Source: the human T2T-CHM13v2.0 reference genome, Homo sapiens. Taken from it: 64,000 nucleotides of DNA. The DNA is taken from assembly GCF_009914755.1 (NCBI RefSeq), contig NC_060928.1; one strand, given 5' to 3'. The notes below the pieces were generated by a model. The model was given only the letters and a program-made list of their open reading frames with translations. It ran no database searches and was not told where the DNA came from. A program made the translations under genes and the position numbers. This document shows positions 1 through 12,929 of this stretch, piece by piece. The first letter of the stretch is position 1, and each line of letters starts with the position of its first letter.

Positions 1-2386
1 AATTAGGGGTTTTCCTGATCATCCTCTATAACATGAGATGCCTTGGATTGGAGCAAGGCAAGAGGGTCCGTCTGGCTTCTCCAAGACACTAACCCTTGAT
101 GCCATGAACTGAGCATTGAGCCTTGCTGTTACATCCAATTGCTGTGCTGCTCCATGTTTCCTACATCTGTAATGAAATCCAGGGCCACCACCTGGCTCTT
201 CCACATTTCCATAATTTTGTACACCACACTTTCTTTAACTTAAACTTCCTCCCCTTCCCCACAACCTGGCTGCTATTATTCCTTCAGCTTTTCACTCAGA
301 TGCAGTCTCCCATGGGAAGCTGTCCTGGCTGACCTTCTAAGTCTTGGCTAGTACCTGTTTTTACATCAATTGGAGCAGGAGTCCCACTGTTTAGTTCCTA
401 TTTGTTTACTGATCTGTCTCATCCTTTACAGTATAGTTGTTTGAAGGCAGGCTTGCACCCAGCTGTGGCCTGATATACAGTCAATAAATACTTCCCAATA
501 AATACTTCCTGAATCATTTAGGTAATGATCAAATGAGCAGGGATACCTCTTGTCTGAGAGAATCATGAAGTGGAAGAAGAGGTGTGAATATAGAGCTGAT
601 TGGAGAAGTCAGGACCGAAGGGGAAGTTGTACTTGCTCACAGACACCTGTTATCTCAGGGAAGGGGGAGGTTAGGCCACCTGCTGAGAGTGAGGGAAGCA
701 GGGAGCTGGGAGGACCCTTGAGGAAAGTAGTAAAGGTTTGGAACAGCTTGTATGGAGAACGGAAATGGAGCAGATGAGAAACCCTTGAGGGCCCAGCTGA
801 GATTGGAGCTCATAAATTTATAATGGAGCCCAGCAACATGAATATGCAATTTTCTCCAGAAAGCAGTCCTGAACAAGATGTAGGAAAAATAATGCTAATT
901 GCTATTTATTCATGCCTGCTATATGCAAGGATCTATGCTACATGCTTCAGTTGCCTGTTCTATATTCTTTGCAAGAAGCCTGTGATGAAGGTGTCATTAT
1001 CTCCCTCATTTGGATGAAGAAACTGAGGCTTATGGAGGTTAATCACTTAATATAAGTCACATAGCTGGCAAGTGACAGAAGCAGCTACAAACCACAGACT
1101 GACTCCAAGGGCCAGGACTTTGTTTGGGGCCATGCCATTCCACTGCAGCTTCTGTGGGTCCAGCTTGGTTGACCTGAGCTAGGGATGGTTATGGTGAAGG
1201 CAGTGAGATGACAAAGGAGGCCAGAAAGAAGCCTACTGGCTAGAGTGTTGATAGAGTGATTAACTACTAATAACTTTGGGCTCTAAGTGAGCTGGTGTCT
1301 GAACCCAGGTATGTGTGGAGACATCCAAGTGATGAGGAACTAAAGGTGTCAGTGCTATGAAAGGATAGGTTTATAAAGAGCAAAGGAAAAGAAGAGAATC
1401 ACAGATAGGAAGATGTAGTTTGCATTTATGAGTTCAGAATGGCCCAATTCCAGGTGGTAATAAAGCTAAGATGTGCTCATGAGAATGGACGTGAACAAAC
1501 CACAATAAAGGAGGGCATGGAACTCCGAGGTCCTTCTGTATTGTTTCTTGAAATGTTAGTGCCTGGTGTATTTTAGATGCTCAGTATTTACTGAATGAAT
1601 AAATAAATAAAAGGGTAACCACAAATAGAAACTATAAAGTAGTGAGACTTCTTCAGTTATGTGATTTGTGAACATTTAGTGCTATTTTTATAATCTCATC
1701 TAACCCACTATCTAATAAAATAGATGAAGAGAGAAAAAAAGGTGGCCATCTAAATTGAAGACAAAGTGTTCCCTTGAAGTAATTATCTGATTGTGGAAGC
1801 CTGAGTTACAGAGACTCGAACATTTGGAAGCCTTTTTAATTGGAAGAGAAAACAAAGTTCAGTGAAAACAGAGTTACTGTTGTTATGGCCAAGCAGTGAT
1901 AAAATTCAGGATGGCAGTCTTCTGTATACTGAGTTGTTTGTTCATATGCCGTATATGAGCTAAAACCTTTAGGGTCCTTCAGCAAAGATAATATGAATGT
2001 TCTATGTTTTCTGTGTGTTATATCAGGGACCCAGTCTCAGTCAACACGTTCATAGTTTGAAACTTTAATCAAGGCATGGAATATCATTTAAGCTAAGTCA
2101 CGATTATCCCTCACAAGTGAACTATAAAACAGAATCTTGATTCATGAATTAGTTCATTGTTTTGCCCTGCTGATGTTTGTTAGATATAACATATATGCAT
2201 GCCAAGTGAAGAGAGATGAAATAGCATGATGTAATTTAGTTGTGTTTCAAAGAGTAAAGCCTCCAGGGTATTGGTAAACATACAGCTAAATAGAGGCTCA
2301 CAATACACTTCTGTGTTTTATGGTTTTGTCAAAATCAAAGGAAATGTATTTACTTTGGAACAAATAATTGTGGGAAATTTCTATAG

Positions 2387-2451
2387 TGTCCCTGTGGCTT
2401 GTATTTCATTGCAAGTAGAATTCCCTTTGGTATGTGAATGACATTGCATAA
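2387..2451 (+). pseudogene. Candidate pseudo-exon, end of an RGS-like box
   Basis: ctatag| acceptor and CATAA|gtaagc donor. Joining to 2772 gives L-H-K-Y-W, resembling the L..YW.P.F motif that closes RGS boxes in RGS22/RGSL1. Confidence 0.4.
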
Positions 2452-2771
2452 GTAAGCTGTGCTGGACAAAGGATAAGATGTATTCCAGCTTTAATTATGG
2501 TGTAGAGGAGTTTTACCTTAGGCTTCTGACTTTACTTGCCAGAAAATAGCCATGGAAAGGTGCATTATTGTTCCATAGTTAACAATTAAGTTTCTTAACT
2601 GAATATACTCTTGGTGAAACATAAAAGTAAGCAGAATTTCTCAACTGTGTATTCTTAGATTATTGAAACTAAGAGATAGTTCTGGCTATCTGTACTTTTC
2701 TACTTTCATGATCTTACAGTAGAGGGGATAGCCTCCATGTAACTTGGCTGTCTTTCTCTTGTGTTTTTTAG

Positions 2772-2819
2772 GTACTGGCAAATAGCATTCAGCCCTATTT
2801 CCTGCTTAATTATATGATG
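2772..2819 (+). pseudogene. Candidate pseudo-exon (48 nt)
   Basis: Strong acceptor tctttctcttgtgttttttag| and donor ATG|gtgaat. Reads YW in one frame and IQPYFLLNYMM in another. Confidence 0.45.
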
Positions 2820-2823
2820 GTGA

Positions 2824-3149
<326 letters not shown>

Positions 3150-3182
3150 AATGAGCTCCTTCTACTTAAAAATGTACCCATA

Positions 3183-3536
<354 letters not shown>

Positions 3537-4204
3537 TTATGAGTATTAACACTCTCCAAATCATACCTTCTTCTCACCTTTTTTTCTAAAATAATTATAC
3601 ATCAATGCTTTTGAAATTTGTTTAAAGTGACAGAAAGACTCACTCTGTAGATGCTTTCAGATATCAACCTACGTAGCATGAGGCATAGAGAAGAAGGCAA
3701 AAATAAAAAAGTCCTTAGTTGTCTAAAACATGGGGATACCAGGCAAACAGCCCACACCCTCAGTGTTCTGAAGGTTCAGTTGATTCTTATATTATGATTG
3801 AATGTCATTATAATAATTATAAAGCATCCTATATTGTGAAACTGGCAAGCATGGGGTTAATTGATGATGACACTAAGATAGATATGTCAAGGCAGGAGTA
3901 ATGATACACTTTGCAAGACAAGAATGCATTAGAGGTAATTGTCAGCAGAATCCTAGTGAAAGTGAGTCACAGTAAAGGCTTGGATGGAACCAGCTACATG
4001 TACAAACCTCCCTAAACTCACTAAAACAGAAAATTAATATTGAATTTTATTCTTAGTTAGAAGGATGTGTATCTTGGTCCTTGTTTGCAAGGGCTAGAGA
4101 TGATCAACGTATTATATCTTCACATTAGATATGTTTTTCCAAATTTTAATTATTTATTTTCCTGGCTTAGTGGAACTATTCGTTAAATTAACTCATTACC
4201 ATTT

Positions 4205-4563
4205 GTATTAGTCCATTTTCACACTGCTGATAAAGACGTACCCAAGACTGGGCAATTTACAGAAGAAAGAGGTTTATTGGACTTCCAGTTCCACATGGCT
4301 GAGGAGGCCTCACAATCATGGTGGAAGGCAAGAAGAAGCAAGTCACATCTTACGAGGATGGCAACAGGCAAAGAGAGAGGAGAGAAACTCCTGTTTTTAA
4401 AACCATCCAGTCTCATGAGACCCATTCACTATCACGAGAACAGCACAGGAAAGACCCACCCCCATGATTCAATCATCTTCCACTGAGTCCCTCCCACAAC
4501 ACATGGGAATAATGAGAGTTACAAGATGAGATTTGGGTGGGGACACAGAGCCAAACCATGTTA
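4205..4563 (-). mobile_element. THE1/MST-family MaLR solo LTR
   Basis: tgtattagtccattttcacactgctgataaagac ... gagatttgggtggggacacagagccaaacca matches THE1 LTR termini. Confidence 0.92.
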
Positions 4564-4899
4564 CCATTCCTGGGAACTACCTTAACAAGTAAAAGAGTAC
4601 TGTGTTACTCATTATAAATCAAGATAGTTATATAAATCATCATATATTGTCGTTATGCTCTAGGGTATTGGAGGGAAGAGGAAAAAGAGCCATATGATTT
4701 GTAATTTACATCCTGGAGTTTCTTCCTCTTTCAGAAAAATAATTAAGAACACTTTTTTCCTTTTAAAATCAACAACACAGCACTGTGAGAATTGGGTGTT
4801 GGTTAATTCTTGTAAGAATTCCACTGACAAGGCCTAACTCTGTTCTATTTCAACCTTGGTTTCAAGTGATCCTTCTAGTATCCTGTATTTTCCTCAGTG

Positions 4900-5900
4900 G
4901 TCATGCTAAAGCACTGTTACTAGACCACAAGGCTGGAAGCCAGATTGCAAAACCATGAGGCAGGAGTGGGTGGTCAGGAAGTAGAATTCAGCAGAGTAGA
5001 TTTCTTTTAAGAAGTTGGCAGTGAAGAGAAGAAGAGAGAATGCATGATAGCTTAAGGAGTAGTATGATGAAGAGAGTGCTCTTCTAGGATAGGAAGGGAG
5101 GTTTGAGCTTGCTTATTGGCTGAGAGGGAAGACTCAGTGGAGAAGGAGAAAGGGAACAGTCCTGTGGACTGATAGCTGATAGGGATGCTCAAGGGGAATG
5201 GGATGGATAAGGTATGGAAAGCGGGAACCATTCTCTGTGCTGGGAAGGAAAGAAGAGAAATGGACAAAAATTTAAAGATATTTTGAGGAGAAACTGGGGA
5301 AGTTGAAAGAGCTATATCTTGACCTGAGGCAAGGTGGTAGGAGGATTTGAAGAAAGGGAATTATGTAGAATTGGCTTTGTAGGGAATGTGACTGAGAATT
5401 ATTGAGTTAAAAAAACTGTTGAGTAGGAAAAGGGGAAGGATGAAATTGGATATATGAATTTTAGTGGAGCTATTCAGCTTTTAAAGATTAAAAAAAATTT
5501 TAGTGTCTCCAGTAATGGTTAGTACCTTAGGAGGAAACTTGAGTATAGATGAAGACCCAGGTTTAGGAATTGTTAAGGTGAATAACGCTAGAGAGCTTGG
5601 GCTAGTAGAATTAATAGCAATAAATAGAGATTGTGAAAAGGTCTCAAAAGGACCAATGAATAGTGAGAATGGGGAATGTTTTAGGAATAGAAGGAAAATG
5701 AGAGCAGACAGCAAGTTTAATAGGGATTGGAGGTTATGAGCAAAGAGAGGGAATTTGAGTTTTAGATCTTAGAAGTGTGCAGTTCTAAGTTACAGATCAT
5801 CTGATCTAGATTGAGAGTCTCTTTACAGGAAGGGCAAGTAGAATAGTTGAGATGATCGAGAAAATGTGAGGAAGAATTGACATATGGATATTGAGGTACC
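4900..5900 (-). mobile_element. Old L2 fragments
   Basis: Purine-rich degenerate sequence typical of antisense L2; boundaries approximate. Confidence 0.5.
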
Positions 5901-6589
5901 TACAGGGTTTGAGCTTCCACTATACCAGTACTTATCTCCTTGATTAAGCTAATTGTATGGTTATCTTCTTTTTATGTCTGCCTTCTTCCTGCTCACCTGG
6001 TATTTCCTCTATAACCTGAATAAAGTCTTATTTCCCCAGTGCCTGGTGCAGAATTTCATGCACCCATTAATGCTATATAATTATTAAATACATAAATAAG
6101 AACAAAATTTGAACCAAGTATAATTTATGAAATAGCTAAGATACATGGCAGCAACGAAAATGGAAAAAGGTGCTATATATGGATGGCCTTGATTTCAGGG
6201 GTAAGCAGATGTGGGGAGAAGGCTGATTGTGACTGGAGCATGCTCACTTCACAGGACAATGGATTGTAAGATGAGTGGTTACCATGGGGAAGGGTTATGA
6301 GGGAAATGGTATCCTCAGGGATAAGCCAATATTAAGGAGAATGGACAAAGAGGGTGTGTGTTTACATTAGAACAGAGGTTCCCAGGACATGGCGAAACAG
6401 CCCAATAGGGGTTCAGGGATTTGTCTTGTGGAGAAGGTTTGGGTTGAGTCAGATCAGAATGAGAGTGTACAAAGTGAAGACGATGGTGACTATTTCCATC
6501 TAGGGCAATATTTCAGGATTAGGAGGAGGAAGGAGATTGGGAGACAGGCTGAAGATGAAATGGTGATGCTGACTGAGGTTGCAGAAGTA

Positions 6590-6800
6590 GTCATAGCTAA
6601 CATGTATTGAGGTCTTATTATGTGCTAAGCACTGTACGAAGCACTTTCCATGAATTCTCTCTCTGAGTCCCACGGCAGTAATATGAAATCAATTAATACC
6701 ATTTCTGTCTTCTAGAAAGTGAAGTAACCTCCCCATTATTGGCCAGTGGCAGGTTTAGGATTCAAATGTCCGGAGCCTGTCCCCTTAATCATCACACTTC
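6590..6800 (-). mobile_element. MIR
   Basis: atagctaacatgtattgagg...tgtgctaagcactgt...ggattcaaa MIR core motifs. Confidence 0.6.
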
Positions 6801-7066
6801 CAGACTCCAAAAATAAATCCCCACATAGTGTTGCTTTTTCACAGACACTTCCTAGGTGTCACCCAGGGGTAAAAGTTCTAAGAATTCAGAACATTTCAGG
6901 TCCTGTGTTCTTTTAGGTAGTTATCAGGAGAAGGACATTCATTTTTGGTTAGCCTGGGGTGAGTGAACTTCAAAGCCGCACAGTGAACCCCAGCCTCGAA
7001 AAGCACCTCACAGACTGAGGCAATTGCAGCATGAACTGATTATTTGTTTGTTTTTTCTTTCTTAAG

Positions 7067-7187
7067 AAAGGCCTACGTAATTATGGAACCTATTCAACTT
7101 TGACAGAAGAAAAATGCCTTCTTTAATAACAGACTGAAAAGGACAAGAACATCGGTTATCTTCCATGAAGAGAGAGTTGCATGTTGT
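7067..7187 (+). pseudogene. Candidate pseudo-exon (linker region)
   Basis: Strong acceptor tttgtttgttttttctttcttaag|. Phase-0 reading KGLRNYGTYSTLTEEKCLL**QTEKDKNIGYLP. End uncertain. Confidence 0.3.
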
Positions 7188-7376
7188 GTATGTGTTAATG
7201 TGTGTATGTGTTAATGTGTGTGTACGCACATGCGTGTGTATGTGTGGAAGTATGGCGGAATTAACAGTTGTGTGTAGAGGCACATTGTTTTGATAGCATA
7301 CAAGGCAGACCAAGTGTTTTCCTAATGTGGCAAAACTTTAGGAAGCACAGACTAAATACTTCTTAAATTGTCAATC

Positions 7377-7670
7377 GGCCAGGCGCGGTGGCTCACTCCT
7401 GTAATTCCAGCACCTTGGGAGGCCAAGACAGGAAGGCGGATCACTCGAGTCTAGGAGTTTGAGACCACCCTGGGCAACATAGTGAGACCTTGTCTCTACA
7501 AAAAATAAAAAAATTAGCTGGGCATGGTGGCGTGTGCCTGTAGTCCCAGCTACTCAGGAGGCCTAGGTGGGAGGATCACTTGAGCCTGGGAGGAGGGGGT
7601 TGCAGTGAGCTGGGATTGCATCACTGCACTCCAACCTGAGAGACAGAGTGAGATCCTGTCTTTAAAAAAA
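7377..7670 (+). mobile_element. Alu (AluJ-like)
   Basis: ggccaggcgcggtggctca start, dimeric, short A-tail. Confidence 0.95.
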
Positions 7671-8569
7671 TGGCAATCATGCCCCATGTATATGTTAGGA
7701 TGGGTTGTGTTTTGCCCAGTGAAAGGACTGAGCAAAGGCAGTGGGGCTTACGCGGTCATTGTGTAGTGTGCACAGGAGAGAGACAAACTCATCCAATGCC
7801 TGGGGTCAGAGTGAGTGAGGGGTAAATGGTGAAGGTGGGAATAGGGACTCCAACAAGGCATGGAGAGTTTCATCAAGGAGCTTAAAAGGCTACAATCTAG
7901 GGGCATGACAGAATTTAGAACTGGGAGAATACTGTGAGGAAATAGATCGCATGAATGTGGACTCAGATATGCTTTCCTTGAACCCTGGGTTATTTCAACC
8001 ACACAATGCTTCTCACTCCTGGGCAGGTTGAAGATGCTATTCACCCTCTGGGACCTGAGATAGGTGAAGGAAATTTGGTTTGAAAAGTCATTCAAACCAA
8101 AGTATGAGACATTTTTAGTTTGTGTTTTGAGGACTTGCTGAGGAATTTGTAGCACCTGTCATTTTGGCTTTCTCTGAGCCTCAATATATTCACATTCTAA
8201 TCAAGCAATTAGTTTCAGCCTGATCTGCTACAATTCATGAATCTTGGTCATCTCAGAGATATTTATTTCACAATGATATGATACAGTGCTAGGTATTACA
8301 TATGAAAACTTAGATTTAGACTTTGCCACTTGGCAAATGAGTGTGATTTTAGGTTGCTTCTTTGAGTCTCACTTACTCATCTACAAAATGGGAATCATTA
8401 AGCCAGCCTCACTATATTGTTGTGATTAAATGAGATTCCATAGGCAGAGTACATAGCACAGTGCTTGCTTGTCATACAGGAGGTCTCCAGTAAACAGTAA
8501 TTTCCTTCTCTTTCCCCTCCTCTCCTACTTTGGTGTTGGTGTGATTCTCATCATGTCTGTTTGAGTCAG

Positions 8570-8850
8570 CTGCTGCATACTTTGTCAATTACACTGACTA
8601 GATTTGTCATATATTTCTGCACAATTTGGAAAAAAAGATTGATATTTTTATGCTCAAGAAAATTTGGTTAGGATCAAATAAATTAAGAAATGGCTATGTT
8701 GAAATCATTTTATCATTAAAGGAGTAACAGGGGTCCCCGACAGAAGAAAAACAATCCATAGTTTTGTTTGAGAACCCAAGAAGACACATGGGTAGCAGTG
8801 TTGAAATAGTCTCCAAAGCCACTGTGAAACTTCTAGACCAAAACACTTTG
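8570..8850 (+). pseudogene. Candidate pseudo-exon, N-terminal/middle part of an RGS-like box
   Basis: One frame reads ICHIFLHNLEKKIDIFMLKKIWLGSNKLRNGYVEIILSLKE*QGSPTEEKQSIVLFENPRRHMGSSVEIVSKATVKLL; the FL......I.ML..W pattern is RGS-like. Boundaries unclear. Confidence 0.35.
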
Positions 8851-8854
8851 CAGT

Positions 8855-9945
8855 AACCACTTGGAAAAATATTTTTCAGTACAACTAAAGCTAAACATAC
8901 ACATACCTCATGATCCAATAATTTCACTCCTGGGTATATACCCAATAAAAATGAGTGCCTGTGTCCACCAAAAGACATGAACAGGAATATCCACAGCAGC
9001 CTTGTTTAGAATAGCCTCAGACTGAAAACAACCCAAATGTCCACCACCAGTAGAATAGATAAATGGTTTGAAGTGTTTTCATGTAATAAGATACTACACA
9101 GCATACGAAAGAATGAACTACTAGTACACACAATCTTTTGTATGAATCTCACAGACAGGAAGTTGGCTGAAAGAAGTTAGGCACAAAATAGTGCATGTTG
9201 TATGTGGTGAATAAAAAATGTCTTCATATATTTTGCAGTTACTCTTCTCAGGAGACCAGGTCTGTTTACTTGCCCCTTGAATGCAGGTTGTTTTGTGACT
9301 TACTTTAATCAACACGATGTGAAGGAAGTGACATTGTGTGACTTCTCAGCCTAGGCCTTAGAGGCTTGCAGCTCTCACTCTGTTGGAACATGGATGCCAT
9401 GTGATAAAGCCCAGGCCACCCTGCTAAAGACATAGAGCACAATTGACAGCCCACAAAAACACCATTTGGGTTGTTTTCAGTTTGAAGCTGATTGAAAGAT
9501 ATTTATTTGGGCCCCATCAGATCTTAAAGCACCAAATTGAGTTGCCAGATGCTGCAGCCATGTGAGTGACCCAAAGTGAGACAAACAGAAGAACTGGCTA
9601 GCTGAGCCCAAGCCAAATTGCTAACCCAAGGAAGTGTGGGGAAATAAAATTGTGGTTGTTTTAAGTGACTAAGTTTCAGAGTGGTTTGTTATGCAGCAAA
9701 GATAACTGATAGGCTGTATGATTTTATTATCTGAAGTTCACAAACAGGCTCATCTACAGTGATAGAGGTTGGAATAATAGTTATCTGACTACTGATATTG
9801 GCTGGAAGGGGGCATAAGGAAGCTTTCTGGGAAATGTTTGAGCTTGCTGATGGTCACACAAGTCTATTCACTTGGTAGAAATTCATCAAGCTGTACACTT
9901 GAGATGGGTGCACTTTACTATATGTAAGTTATACCTTAATTTACA
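8855..9945 (+). mobile_element. Old L1M 3' region interrupted by an MLT1 LTR (about 9230-9712)
   Basis: L1 3'UTR/ORF2-end motifs (cactcctgggtatatacccaa, aacccaaatgtcca); MLT1 3' end gtggtttgttatgcagcaaagataactgata. Confidence 0.75.
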
Positions 9946-10280
9946 CACACACAGACACACACACACACTGCATATGATCCGTATGTGTTGGATGAGTCAG
10001 CAAGCAGGCATACAGGGACTGGCAAAGTTAGCAAATGGCAGGGGCTGACAGTCAGACTGTTGAAGATGTAGGCCATTCATTTAAAATATATGTATTATTC
10101 ACCTACTTCTGATCAAGCACTCTCCTGGAGAAAAATACTTGAACAAACATAATCTGACCTTGCAAATTATGCATGGTAAGCCAGGCCAATGCAGAGACAA
10201 GAGCAAGAACTGAATGATATTATTTTACCATGACAAATGGAAAACTGAGGATATAAAATGTAATTAAAAACTGGATTATA

Positions 10281-10445
10281 GCCTGGGTACAGTGGCTGAG
10301 GCCCGTAAGCCCAACACTTTGGGAGGCTGAGGTCAGAAAATCACTTGAGCCCAGGAGGTCGAGGCTGCAGTGAGCTATGATGGGGCCACAGCACTCCAGC
10401 CTGGGTGACAGAGTGAGATCCTGTCTACAAACAAACAAACAAACT
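10281..10445 (+). mobile_element. Alu monomer (FAM/FRAM-like)
   Basis: Single-arm Alu; TSD aaactggattata on both sides. Confidence 0.85.
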
Positions 10446-10680
10446 CCAAAACACACACACACAAACTGGATTATAAATCCTATCATGAACTTCGAGAGAT
10501 AAACTGTGAAAGTATTGCTTATTAAGGTTCAGATCCATAAACAGACTTACAGAACTGTGTATCCATCATTTTGTATAACATAGTATGCGTTTATAAGACT
10601 TGACCACCATTGAGTTCAGGCAGTGCCAAAATAGAAGGTGCCAGCCCTCTCTTGGTTAGATCTTGTTTTAATTCTTTTAG

Positions 10681-10809
10681 TTGTCAATGAGATTGACATT
10701 GCAGCCTACTAAAGCAAAGAGTGGTTAAACAGTTTCATTTATCCTTTATTTATTATCAAATGCCATGTTAAGAAGTTTTTGGAAAATATGCATTCAGCTT
10801 CTACCAAAG
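10681..10809 (+). pseudogene. Pseudo-exon, C-terminal helices of an RGS-like box
   Basis: Acceptor tcttgttttaattcttttag| and donor AAAG|gtagaa; 129 nt, phase 1-1. Reads VNEIDIAAY*SKEWLNSFIYPLFIIKCHVKKFLENMHSASTK; L...YP.F is the canonical RGS C-terminal motif. Confidence 0.6.
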
Positions 10810-11720
10810 GTAGAATTGTTCAATGAGCTGAATGCAGGCTGAGAATGAAGCCAGCATGGAGGAGAGTAGAACCACATGATGAAGAGACAGGGTTCTGATG
10901 ACACTGTTTGAGCCCCCTGAGTCTGGCTGTGCCTGAAGCATGAACATTTTTCCATTTATTATTTATTTACTGCTCTAGCAGCTTGAGTCTGGCTTTTTGT
11001 CACTTGGAAGAGTCCTAACCAGAGTTGGCCTGACTCCCCCCACCCCCAACTCCTGCCTCTCCTTGACTGCTAGCTAAACCCTTACTACTGCTGCCTAGGC
11101 ACAAAACTATCTGGAGTTATCCTCTCTCCTCCAGGCAAGGATAAAGGTATGGTAGCTGAAGTTATGTCCAAAGAACCAGAAAATAGTAACAGTGGCGGGA
11201 TCTAGGATTTTTCTTGTTTGAAAATATGAATTCTAGTTGCCATCTTGTCAGTCACCCAAATGTGTGGTGCTGGCAGTGCTAGAGTTGCTTATATGTGGAT
11301 GTAACCTGGTCACATACATATATTCATTAAAGATGCAACTTGCCGGAAGGTGAACAATGAACACCTTTAATGCGTTTACTTTGTTAGCCTTTATAGCACT
11401 TCCCATTGTGAACTGTGACAATCTACATTTTCTTAAGTTAGGATCATTACTATTTATCAAGAAGTGTGCTTTAGTTTATTATGTGTTGCTTGTATGATGA
11501 GTGTATTACTTTGTAGTAAACCCTTGTATATGCATCGCATGTATTTCAATTCAAGGGAAATTTATATTGGTCACTGGGAGTGACAAGAGAGGAATAAGAT
11601 ATGACCCATGTTCTTTGGGAATTTACAATTTAGTTAGAAACACCGACATATAAACTGTTGGTAGATGTCAGTCTGGGCACGGTGTCAGTGTCATCAAGTA
11701 GTAACATAGTCTGTTGTACA

Positions 11721-11757
<37 letters not shown>

Positions 11758-12929
11758 AATTAGAAACTAGAAAGGCACACAGAAGATGTGGTCCCCTCAG
11801 TGGTATATTATAATCTGTTTTCTTGCCTGTCTCCCATGCTAGAGGGTGAGGCCCCATCATCAAGGCTAATGTAATATCTTATTCAACTTGTCTTACAGAC
11901 CTCTGCATAGTGCTTAGCTTAAGAAATGTACTGTTGAATTGCATTAATATTGTAGCTGTGTCATTGGTTCACTTAACTTTATAAATATGTACCATATTCA
12001 TCTCTCTTGACTGCTGGCTGACTTTGTGCAGTTCAGAGGAAACAAGTAGATTCCTGTATACTGCCTTTTGCTTTTAGTGTATGCTGGGCATCAAGCCAAG
12101 CAATGGCCAGGTGGACAGGCAGACAGGAGCCTAGAAAGTTTATACCAAAAGTCAAGGAAAGGCGAATGGCCTTGGGTTCAGTCAGGCATGAGAAACAAGG
12201 TGGGCTGAAACTTGAGCTGTCAAGGGTCTGGGCAGCCTGCCAAGGCGGCTCTAGGAACAGAGTCAAAGGAAGGGGGCAGGTCAATGGGCCACTGATTCGC
12301 ATGCAAGGCTCTAGTCCAGCTAGGAGCTAATTAGCCTTTGAGAGTAACACCTAATCTTAGGATATGGGTAGTGCAAAGGGCTCTTGAGAGAGACTGGCTG
12401 GCTGTACAGTGAAGCTCCCAGGTGGTTCTTTAGCAGGACATCACTCCATATTTTTTCCATACCGACAGCAGGACCTCACTCATGCAAACAAAGGATTATC
12501 CTTTACAATACTTGCATAAACAGGATTCTAATTAATGAATTCACAAGTAGTTATTTCCTGTTTATGGACATTAAACAAGGTGTACTTATAAGTTTTCTTT
12601 TAAGCCTAAATCCAGGCACACAGCTGGATATAAAATATATATGCTGTGTGTTTACAGGAACACCTCCCAAACACTCACACACGCACACAGCTAGAGAGGA
12701 AATAGCAATAGATCATTGGGCTTGAATCTGAAAATGGTGGTATAAAACACAATAATACTTAGAACCATGATTTATGGGAATGAAAATAGGACTCATATAA
12801 GGAACACTGAATTCACTTAGTCCACATATGTGGCTCTGGGTTGGACTGAGAAATTTGTAACAACTATTCAACATTAACCCTTAGAAATGATAATTTAGAA
12901 TTCTGAAGCTGGCATTAAATCCCCTGAAT

